A stretch of 64,000 nt of DNA from Antedon mediterranea (GCF_964355755.1 NC_092679.1:9516201-9580200), one strand, 5' to 3'. Counted from the stretch's first letter, positions 1 to 9,900 are shown. Notes: generated by a model not told the origin, from the sequence alone. Numbers and translations are program-made.

Positions 1-3000
1 AAGTTTTTTCAAAAATCACAAAACGGTCTAAAACGTCTCCAAATGCGATTTGAAGCTTTTCTGTACACTTTGATAATTTTATGTTAACAAGTTTTTTCAA
101 AAATCACAAAATGGTCTAAAACGTTTCCAAATGCGATTTGAAGCTATTCTGTACACTTTGATGTTTTGTGTGAAAATTTTCTGTCGAAATGCTCAAAATG
201 GTCATAAACGTTTTTAAATACGATATTAAGCTACTTTGTGCTCTTTGATGTTTTTGTGTGAAAAGTTTTATCGAAATGCTCAAAATGGTCTAAAACGGTT
301 TCTAATGTGATTTCAAGCACTTTGATGTTTTTGTGTAACCAAGTTTTTCGAAAATCACAAAATTGTCTAAAACGTCTCCAAATGCGATTTGAAGCTATTC
401 TGTACACTTTGATGTTTTTATGTTAACAAGTTTTTTCGAAAATCACAAAAGAGTCTAAAATATCTCGAAATGCGATTTGAAGCTATTCTAAGCACTTTGG
501 TGTTTTTATGTTAACAAGTTTTTTCGAAATCACAAAATGGTCTAAAATGTCTTCAAATGCGATTTGAAGCTAATCTTAGCACATTGGTGTTTTTATGTTA
601 ACAAGTTTTTTTGAAAATCACAAAATGGTCTAAAACGACTCCAAATGCGATTTGAAGCTATTCTGTATACTTTTGTGTTTTTATGTTAACAAGTTTTTTC
701 GAAAATCACAAAATGGTCTAAAACGTCTCCAAATGCGATTTGAAGCTATTTTAAGCACTTTGGTGTTTTTGTGTTAACAAGTTTTTCGAAAAGCTCAAAA
801 TGGTCTAAAACGTTTTTAAACACGATTTTAAGCTATTTTGTGCTCTTTGATGTTTTTTTGTGAAAAGTTTTAGCGAAATGCTCAAAATGGTCTAAAACGA
901 TTTCTAATGTGATTTTAAGCACTTTTATGTTTTTATGTTAACTAGTTTTTTCAAAAATCACAAAATGGTCTAAAACGTCTCCAAATGTGATTTGAAGCTA
1001 TTCTAAGCACTTTGGTGTTTTTATGTTAACAGTTTTTTCGAAAATCACAAAATGGTCTAAAACGTTTCCAAATGCGATTTGAAGCTATTCTGTACACTTT
1101 GATGTTTTTATGGTAACAAGTCTTTTAGAAAATCACAAAGTGGTCTAAAACACCTCCAAATGCGATTTAAAGCTATTTTAAGCCCTTTTGTGTTTTTGTG
1201 TAACCAAGTTTTTTCGAAAATCACAAAAGGGTCTAAAATGTCTCTAAATGCGATTTGAAGCTACTCTAAGCACTTTGGTGTTTTTATGCTAACAAGTTTT
1301 TTCGAAAATCAATAAATGGTCTAAAATGTCTCCAAATGCGATTTGAAGCTATTCTGTACACTTTGCTGTTTTGTGTGAAAAATGTTTGTCGAAATCCTCA
1401 AAATGGTCAAAAACGTTTTTAAATACGATATTAAGCTATTTTGTGCTCTTTGATGTTTTTGTGTGAAAAGTTTTATCGAAATACTCAAAATGGTCTAAAA
1501 CGGTTTCTAATGTGATTTTAAGCACTTTGATGTTTTTGTGTAACCAAGTTTTTTCGAAAATCACAAAATGGTCTAAAATGTCTCCAAATGCGATTTGAAG
1601 CGATTCTAAGCACTTTGGTGTTTTTATGGAAACAATTTTTTTCGAAAATCACAAAATGGTCTAAAACGTCTCCAATAGCAATTTGAAGCTTTTCTGTACA
1701 CTTTGATGTTTTTATGTTAACATGTTTTTTCGAAAATCACAAAATGGTCTAAAACGTCTCCAAATGCGATTTGAAGCTATTCTGTACACTTTGATGTTTT
1801 TATGTTAACAAGTTTTTTATAAAATCACAAAATGGTCTAAAACGTCTCCAAATGCGATTTGAAGCTATTCTGTACACTTTGATGTTTTTATGTTAACAAG
1901 TTTTTTCGAAAATCACAAAAGGGTCTAAAATGTCTCTAAATGCGATTTGAAGCTATTCTAAGCACTTAGGTGTTTTTATGTTAACAAGTTTTTTCGAAAA
2001 TCACAAAATGGTCTAAAACGTCTCCAAATGCGATTTGAAGCTATTCTAAGCACTTTGGTGTTTTTATGGAAACAATTTTTTTCGAAAATCACAAAATGGT
2101 CTAAAACGTCTCCAATAGCGATTTGAAGCTTTTCTGTACACTTTTATGTTTTTATGTTAACAAGTTTTTTCGAAAATCACAAAATGGTCTAAAACGTCTA
2201 CAAATGCGATTTGAAGCTATTCTGTACACTTTGATGTTTTTATGTTAACAAGTTTTTTCGAAAATCACAAAATGGTCTAAAACGTCTACAAATGCGATTT
2301 GAAGCTATTCTGTACACTTTGATGTTTTTATGTTAACTAGTTTTTTCGAAAATCACAAAATGGTCTAAAACGTTTCCAAATGCGATTTGAAGCTATTCTG
2401 TACACTTTGATGTTTTGTGTGAAAATTTTCTTTCGAAATGCTCAAAATGGTCAAAAACGTTTTTAAATACGATATTAAGCTACTTTGTGCTCTTTGATGT
2501 TTTTGTGTGAAATGTTTTATCGAAATGCTCAAAATGGTCTAAAACGGTTTCTAATGTGATTTCAAGCACTTTGATGTTTTTGTGTAACCAAGTTTTTCGA
2601 AAATCACAAAATTGTCTAAAACGTCTCCAAATGCGATTTGAAGCTATTCTGTACACTTTGATGTTTTTATGTTAACAAGTTTTTCGAAAATCACAAAATG
2701 GTCTAAAATGACTCCAAATGCGATTTGAAGCTATTCTAAGCACTTTGATGTTTTTATGTTAACAAGTTTTTCGAAAATCACAAAATGGTCTAAAACGTCT
2801 CCAAATGCGATTTTAAGCTATTCTAAGAACTTTGGTGTTTTTATGTTAACAAGTTTTTTTGAAAATCACAAAATGGTCTAAAACGTCTCTAAATGCGATT
2901 TGAAGCTTTTCTGTACACTTTGATGTTTTTATGTTAACAACTTTTTTCGAAAATCACAAAATTGTCTAAAATGTCTCCAAATGCGATTTGAAGCTATTCT

Positions 3001-4045
3001 AAGCACTTTGGTGTTTTTATGGAAACAATTTTTTTCGAAAATCACAAAATGGTCTAAAACATCTCCAATAGCGATTTGAAGCTTTTCTTTACACTTTGGT
3101 ATTTTTATGTTAACAAGTTTTTTCGAAAATCACAAAATGGTCTAAAACGTCTCCAAATGCGATTTGAAGCTATTCTGTACACTTTGATGTTTTTATGTTA
3201 ACAAGTTTTTTCGAAAATCACAAAATGGTCTAAAACGTCTACAAATGCAATTTGAAGCTATTCTAAGCACTTTTGTGTTTTTATGTCAACAAGTTTTTTC
3301 GAAAATCACAAAATGGTCTAAAACGTCTGCAAATGCGATTTGAAACTATTCTTAGCACATTGGTGTTTTTATTTAATCAAATTTTTTCGAAACTCACAAA
3401 ATGGTCTAAAACGTCTCCAAATGCGATTTGAAGCTATTTTAAGCACTTTGGTGTTTTTGTGTTAACAAGTTTTTCCAAATGCTCAAAATGGTCTAAAACG
3501 TTTTTAAACACGATATTAAGCTATTTTGTGCTCTTTGATGTTTTTTTGTGAAAAGTTTTAGCAAAATGCTCAAAATGGTCTAAAACGATTTCTAATGTGA
3601 TTTTAAGCACTTTGATGTTTTTATGTTAACTAGTTTTTTCGAAAATCACAAAATGGTCTAAAACGTCTCCAAATGCGATTTGAAGCTATTTTAAGCACTT
3701 AGGTGCTTTTGTGTAACCAAGTTTTTTTGAAAATCACAAAAGGGTCTAAAATGTCTCCAAATGTGATTTGAAGCTATTTTAAGCACTTTGGTGTTTTTGT
3801 GTTAACAAGTTTTTCGAAAATCACAAAATTGTCTAAAACGTCTCCAAATGCGATTTGAAGCTATTCTGTACACTTTGATGTTTTTATGTTAACAAGTTTT
3901 TTAGAAAATCACAAAATGGTCTAAAACATCTCCAAATGCGATTTAAAGCTATTTTAAGCACTTTGGTGTTTTTATGTTAACAAGTTTTTTCGAAAATCAC
4001 AAAATGGTCTAAAACGTCTCCAAATGCGATTTGAAGCTATTTTAA
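1..4045 (+). repeat. 88-bp tandem satellite array, segment 1 (open at the left edge)
   Basis: AAGTTTTTTC(G/A)AAAATCACAAAA at position 1 recurs at 89, and monomers continue head-to-tail until the transposon insertion at TTAA 4042-4045. Confidence 0.99.
184..347 (+). repeat. Diverged two-monomer cassette (B, 87 bp + C, 77 bp); first instance of a unit recurring every ~0.6-1.2 kb
   Basis: TCGAAATGCTC at 184 and 271, then canonical TCGAAAATCAC at 348. B carries CGTTTTTAAATACGATATTAAGCTACTTTGTGCTC. C carries GTGATTTCAAGCACTTTG and lacks 10 bp of the canonical GCGATTTGAAGCTATTCTAAGCACTTTG. Confidence 0.93.
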
Positions 4046-4060
4046 AATGGATATGAAAGG
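4046..4060 (+). repeat. Left terminal inverted repeat (15 bp), copy 1
   Basis: AATGGATATGAAAGG, perfect inverse of 6948-6962. Confidence 0.95.
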
Positions 4061-4191
4061 ATTTTAAAATTTCACAAAAAGGACTTTGTATAAATCCTTT
4101 TAATGTTAATAAACAGCACACAAAAAATTAGATTCAAATACCTAGTAGAAATTGAGAAATAAACAAATTAAATTTTGGTATAAAACGTCCG

Positions 4192-4348
4192 CAAAATGGC
4201 CGACCAACTGGCACGCCATCTTAATTTTTATGAACGTTCTATACGCACGTACGAGATCGTCAAATTTAGAGTTTGAAACACCCGGGGTTGTAGCCACGGC
4301 AGCAGTCGTTTTGTGATTGGTTAATGAATTTTAATACAGTCCAATCAC
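4192..4348 (+). promoter_or_regulatory. Putative Pol II promoter-like motif cluster near the left end
   Basis: Locally CpG-rich. YY1-type motifs CAAAATGGCCG (4192-4202) and CGCCATCTT (4214-4222); inverted CCAAT pair GTGATTGG (4313-4320) and CCAATCAC (4341-4348). Confidence 0.4.
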
Positions 4349-4746
4349 CGCCTTGTCTCGTTCGCCGACTGTGTGGCGTAAACAAAATAAACTAACCCAT
4401 GCTACACGAGACTCGCGTGTTGCAAGCTCCCTGTTGCTGCAGTCGTAGAAAATATCGATATTTCACAAATCAATAAAAAGTTATGTCTGCAAAGATTGTA
4501 CGTGAAAAGAAGAAAGTGTGTATTTGTACTTCTCACACTAAACCACTCACGCAGACTACAAATTAGGCTAGGTCTAGTAGACTATAGTTTCTTCTAAATT
4601 CGCTAGTAGTAGGCTAGGCCTACACATGGAGTTACTCCATGGCCTACAGTACAAGAGAGTAGCAGTCGCCGGTCCACCGACGAACCTCCAGGAAGTGGAC
4701 AAGGCGCGGGCGTAGACGTATGTAAAAGGCGACGTAAATAAAAAAG

Positions 4747-5009
4747 GTAAGCTTGTGTTGAACTTGTTTTTGGCTCTGACTTTTGTTATTGACTAATATA
4801 GTAATATAATAATACTAATAATTAAAGTAGAGCAGAGGAGGTGAGGCCGAGAGGATTATTATAGTTTAGTTAGTAACTGTAGTGTAATTAAATAATAACC
4901 TCTTTCTGTTTGTTACCAAGTCATAAAATATAATACTATAGGGCCTAGAGGTAGGATTGAATAAAAATAATAGTACATTTTCATCCATTTATTGGTCTTA
5001 TCTTTGCAG
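4747..5009 (+). other. Predicted GT-AG intron (263 bp) of a plus-strand unit inside the transposon
   Basis: Donor AAG|GTAAGC at 4746/4747, where GC-rich sequence switches to AT-rich. Acceptor TCTTATCTTTGCAG| ends at 5009. AATAAA at 5065-5070 and 5291-5296. Confidence 0.5.
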
Positions 5010-5621
5010 ATTTATGGAATCAACAGTACATGAGATGGCTTTGAAGAACTGTAATAGTACTAGTAATAAAATTGTAAACATCAAATTATATGGCAGAAAT
5101 AGTGTGTGGAATGAATTTTATTGAACAAATGTATCATAATGAGTTTGGAACAAGCAGGATTTTTCAAACAGGACATAAATTACTTTTGAGACCTGAGTGA
5201 TACATTTTAATTCTATCAACACCAGCCAGCTCCATCATATTCAAGAGATGGATTCTTTCATAAATGTCCATTGTACATAGTATTTGGCTAAATAAATAAA
5301 AAAAGAAGTACAGTAGTGGTTTATTTGTTTATATACCCAGACCCATTTAATGGTTAAAAACAAACACTATATGATGCACTGCTACTAGTGTACTGTCTGG
5401 TAGTACATTACCATAGTTACAGTATGACTGTAACCCTAGCACTCGCGTCTAAAGAATTCTATTATGCATATTTTACTATTCTTCATAAATATTTAGTTCT
5501 GTAATTTTAATTGTCTGCGCTCATTCTATACTTGGTGTCTTAGTATACTGCATAAATGTATCGTGCAAGCATGATCCAAGTAGCATCTATTATAAAGTAC
5601 TCTGGGTATCTTTCTATTCAC

Positions 5622-5743
5622 CTGAAAAAAGGAAAATGAATAAGCACATGTTTATCTGCCCTCAAAACAAAATAATAATTTAGTATAATGTATTATGTAG
5701 GTTTGATCAACAGTTTAAAATAGCAATGCTCAGTATCTGTTAC
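5622..5743 (-). other. Predicted GT-AG intron (122 bp) of a minus-strand unit
   Basis: Minus-strand donor AAG|GTAACA at 5744/5743; acceptor TTATTCATTTTCCTTTTTTCAG|G ending at 5622. Confidence 0.5.
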
Positions 5744-5848
5744 CTTAATATTATAATTTTACTCTAACATTTGCGCTTCCATTCCAATCAATAAATACAT
5801 TTGCTTATCCCGTCCATCAATTATCATAATTGCACTCCAATTATAGAC
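5744..5848 (-). other. Predicted 105-nt internal exon, with stop codons in all three frames
   Basis: Bounded by acceptor TATTTTTACCTACCTACAG|G (5849) and donor AAG|GTAACA (5743). The longest frame reads VYNWSAIMIIDGRDKQMYLLIGMEAQMLE*. Confidence 0.45.
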
Positions 5849-6243
5849 CTGTAGGTAGGTAAAAATACAAATGAATTGTTTATTTACTGTATACTGTACT
5901 GTATATTGTACTGTATATGATACAAGCTGAAATACCCCTAACTAGGCCTGGCCTGTTATAACCTTTATTACTACATTAGAGAAAATCCAACTCTATTCAT
6001 TTTATTGGGAATCATAATACAGTATTTAGTATTCAGTGTTGCCTAGCCTACTACTGTAGCTAGTAGGGCGGCATGTAATAACAAAAAAATATTTTAATAA
6101 TACGTTAGTCAGGACACTACAGCACACAACAATATTAATAAACGTACTTATAAATAATGTGTATATACATAATACAGTAACACAATTGTGCCTACCATTA
6201 ACACCCTCAACGATACATCAAGGAGCATACGCTCTCAGCTCAC
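5849..6243 (-). other. Predicted first intron of the minus-strand unit (donor at 6243 or 6195)
   Basis: Candidate donors GAG|GTGAGC (6243) and ATG|GTAGGC (6195) lie at the edge of the GC-richer zone. The interior is AT-rich and low-complexity. Acceptor at 5849. Confidence 0.4.
5885..5917. repeat. Short degenerate (TACTG/TA)n simple repeat
   Basis: TACTGTATACTGTACTGTATATTGTACTGTATA. Confidence 0.75.
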
Positions 6244-6489
6244 CTCTGGCCGGGCGACTAAACACCGTATCCAGCAGTCATCACTACTAAAAAGGCCTAG
6301 GCCTAGCTAGCTCCAGGCCATGGCATTGTCAAACACCATTTACTCGTCCAACCGTTTCTTCAAAACGATGTTAACACCCGTGTTAACAAGACGATGTGGA
6401 CGAATTTCCATCAATTTCAGTTAATTACAACGAAATAATAATAAAATGAATGTTTCAATAATACGTGTATAATAAATAGCGAAATAAAC

Positions 6490-6615
6490 ATCGCTCGCGA
6501 GGAGGGTCGAGAGAGAGGCCAAGGTGGTCGACTCTGTGATTCTCACGCATGCGCAAAATAACTCCGTGTACCCAGCAAGATAGGCATTTGGCTATGAATT
6601 TCGTAAAAGATGGCC
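6490..6615 (-). promoter_or_regulatory. Putative promoter-like motif cluster near the right end
   Basis: CpG-rich patch with CTCGCGAG, an NRF1-type CGCATGCGCA (6546-6555) and a YY1-type AAGATGGCC (6607-6615), upstream of the predicted minus-strand exons. Confidence 0.35.
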
Positions 6616-6797
6616 TTGAAAAACGAAATTAAAATCCGTTTAAAAAAAAACTTGGTTGATAATATGAATTAATTTTATTCGATTAGGCTAACATACTTAT
6701 CCAAGAATAAAAATATCAAAGCAATAAGTAATTACTACCATGCTTTTGCATCAATCAATGATTTACTGCTAAATTCCTATCTCTGTAATACAAAAAT

Positions 6798-6823
6798 AAC
6801 TTTTAGTGACGTCACAAAAAGTT
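6798..6823. repeat. 26-bp near-perfect subterminal palindrome centred on TGACGTCA
   Basis: AACTTTTAGTGACGTCACAAAAAGTT has only one mismatched pair. Confidence 0.85.
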
Positions 6824-6947
6824 TTTCACAGGTTTCTCAGGGGCGTTTTGAGGGCGTTGTCGTCCTCCAAAACATTAAGTATGACTATGGCAAGCTTAAA
6901 ACTGATTGATCTACACGTTGAGCCAATAAAATGATATTGCTAGGAAC

Positions 6948-6962
6948 CCTTTCATATCCATT
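6948..6962 (-). repeat. Right terminal inverted repeat (15 bp), copy 1
   Basis: CCTTTCATATCCATT followed by TTAA and the resumed satellite GCACTTTGG. Confidence 0.95.
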
Positions 6963-9900
6963 TTAAGCACTTTGGTGTTTTTGTGTTAACAAGTTTTTCG
7001 AAATTCTCAAAATGGTCTAAAACGTTTCCAAATGCGATTTGAAGCTATTCTGTACACTTTGATGTTTTGTGTGAAAATTTTCTGTCGAAATGCTCAAAAT
7101 GGTCAAAAACGTTTTTAAATACGATATTAAGCTACTTTGTGCTCTTTGATGTTTTTGTGTGAAATGTTTTATCGAAATGCTCAAAATGGTCTAAAACGGT
7201 TTCTAATGTGATTTCAAGCACTTTGATGTTTTTGTGTAACCAAGTTTTTCGAAAATCACAAAATTGTCTAAAACGTCTCCAAATGCGATTTGAAGCTATT
7301 CTGTACTCTTTGATGTTTTTATGTTAACAAGTTTTTTTGAAAATCACAAAATGGTCTAAAACGTCTCTAAATGAGATTTGAAGCTTTTCTGTACACTTTG
7401 ATGTTTTTATGTTAACAAGTTTTTTCGAAAATCACAAAATGGTCTAAAATGTCTCCAAATGCGATTTGAAGCTATTCTAAGCACTTTGGTGTTTTTATGG
7501 AAACAAATTTTTTCGAAAATCACAAAATGGTCTAAAACGTCTCCAAATGTGATTTGAAGCTATTCTGTACACTTTGATGTTTTTATGTTAGCAAGTTTTT
7601 TCGAAAATCACAAAATGGTCTAAAACGTCTACAAATGCGATTTGAAGCTAATCTGTACACTTTGATGTTTTTATGTTAACAAGTTTTTTCGAAAATCACA
7701 AAATGGTCTAAAACGTTTCCAAATGCGATTTGAAGCTATTCTGTACACTTTGATGTTTTGTGTGAAAATTTTCTGTCGAAATGCTCAAAATGGTCAAAAA
7801 CGTTTTTAAATACGATATTAAGCTACTTTGTGCTCTTTGATGTTTTTGTGTGAAATGTTTTATCGAAATGCTCAAAATGGTCTAAAACGGTTTCTAATGT
7901 GATTTCAAGCACTTTGATGTTTTTGTGTAACCAAGTTTTTCGAAAATCACAAAATTGTCTAAAACGTCTCCAAATGCGATTTGAAGCTATTCTGTACACT
8001 TTGATGTTTTTATGTTAACAAGTTTTTCGAAAATCACAAAATGGTCTAAAACGTCTCCAAATGCGATTTGAAGCAATTCTGTACACTTTGATAAAGTTTT
8101 TCGAAAATCACAAAATGGTCTAAAACGACTCCAAATGCGATTTGAAGCTATTCTGTATACTTTTGTGTTTTTATGTTAACAAGTTTTTTCGAAAATCACA
8201 AAATTGTCTAAAACGTCTCCAAATGCGATTTGAAGCTATTCTGTACACTTTGATATTTTTATGTTAACAAGTTTTTCGAAAATCACAAAATGGTCTAAAA
8301 CGTCTCCAAATGCGATTTGAAGCAATTCTGTACACTTTGATAAAGTTTTTCGAAAATCACAAAATGGTCTAAAACGTCTCTAAATGCGATTTGAAGCTTT
8401 TCTGTACACTTTGATGTTTTTATGTTAACAACTTTTTTCGAAAATCACAAAATGGTCTAAAATGTCTCCAAATGCGATTTGAAGCTATTCTAAGCACTTT
8501 GATGTTTTTATGTTAACAAGTTTTTTCGAAAATCACAAAATGGTCTAAAACGTCTCCAATAGCGATTTTAAGCTATTCTGTACACTTTGGTGTTTTTATG
8601 TTAACAAGTTTTTTCGAAAATCACAAAATGGTCTAAAACGTCTCCAAATGCGATTTGAAGCTATTCTGTACACTTTGATGTTTTTATGTTAACAAGTTTT
8701 TTCGAAAATCACAAAATGGTCTAAAACGTCTACAAATGCAATTTGTAGCTATTCTAAGCACTTTTGTGTTTTTATGTTAACAAGTTTTTTCGAAAATCAC
8801 AAAATGGTCTAAAACGTCTGCAAATGCGATTTGAAACTATTCTTGGCCCATTGGTGTTTTTATTTAAACAAATTTTTTCGAAACTCACAAAATGGTCTAA
8901 AACGTCTCCAAATGCGATTTGAAGCTATTTTAAGCACTTTGGTGTTTTTGTGTTAACAAGTTTTTCGAAATGCTCAAAATGGTCTAGGCCTAAAACGTTT
9001 TTAAACACGATATTAAGCTATTTTGTGCTCTTTGATGTTTTTTTGTGAAAAGTTTTAGCAAAATGCTCAAAATGGTCTAAAACGATTTCTAATGTGATTT
9101 TAAGCACTTTGATGTTTTTATGTTAACTAGTTTTTTCGAAAATCACAAAATGGTCTAAAACGTCTCCAAATGCCATTTGAAGCTTTTTAAGCACTTAGGT
9201 GCTTTTGTGTAACCAAGTTTTTTAGAAAATCACAAAATGGTCTAAAACATCTCCAAATGCGATTTAAAGCTATTTTAAGCACTTTGGTGTTTTTATGTTA
9301 ACAAGTTTTTTCGAAAATCACAAAATGGTCTAAAACGTCTCCAAATGCGATTTGAAGCTATTTTAAGCAATTTGGTGTTTTTGTGTTAACAAGTTTTTCG
9401 AAATGCTCAAAATGGTCTAAAACGTTTCCAAATGCGATTTGAAGCTATTCTGTACACTTTGATGTTTTGTGTGAAAATTTTCTGTCGAAATGCTCAAAAT
9501 GGTCAAAAACGTTTTTAAATACGATATTAAGCTACTTTGTGCTCTTTGATGTTTTTGTGTGAAATGTTTTATCGAAATGCTCAAAATGGTCTAAAACGGT
9601 TTCTAATGTGATTTCAAGCACTTTGATGTTTTTGTGTAACCAAGTTTTTCGAAAATCACAAAATTGTCTAAAACGTCTCCAAATGCGATTTGAAGCTATT
9701 CTGTACTCTTTGATGTTTTTATGTTAACAAGTTTTTCGAAAATCACAAAATGGTCTAAAACGTCTCCAAATGCGATTTTAAGCTATTCTAAGCACTTTGG
9801 TGTTTTTATGTTAACAAGTTTTTTTGAAAATCACAAAATGGTCTAAAACGTCTCTAAATGAGATTTGAAGCTTTTCTGTACACTTTGATGTTTTTATGTT

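Larger units (their letters stand above)
4046..6962. mobile_element. 2,917-bp non-autonomous cut-and-paste DNA transposon with TTAA target duplication (Kolobok-like termini), copy 1
   Basis: Left end AATGGATATGAAAGG (4046-4060) is the exact reverse complement of right end CCTTTCATATCCATT (6948-6962). It is flanked by TTAA at 4042-4045 and 6963-6966 and interrupts the satellite motif GCTATTTTAAGCAC. No ORF of 60 aa or more. Element status is secure; the superfamily call rests only on the ends. Confidence 0.92.

Noticed and set aside
94-112. CENP-B box in TTCGAAAATCAC
   Set aside because: Only TTCG matches in canonical monomers; the required CGGG half is absent.
4483-5270. Short ORFs in the element (MSAKIVREKKK..., MELLHGLQYK..., MESTVHEMALK..., MDIYERIHLL...)
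   Set aside because: All are under 40 aa, they are not joined by the predicted splices, and I see no transposase, THAP or recombinase motif.
4046-6962. piggyBac, LTR retrotransposon or solo-LTR assignment
   Set aside because: The ends lack the CC...GG of piggyBac. An LTR reading (TG at 4048, CA at 6959-6960) leaves junctions that do not restore the empty site with a 4-6 bp TSD. The DNA between the two copies is satellite rather than gag-pol.
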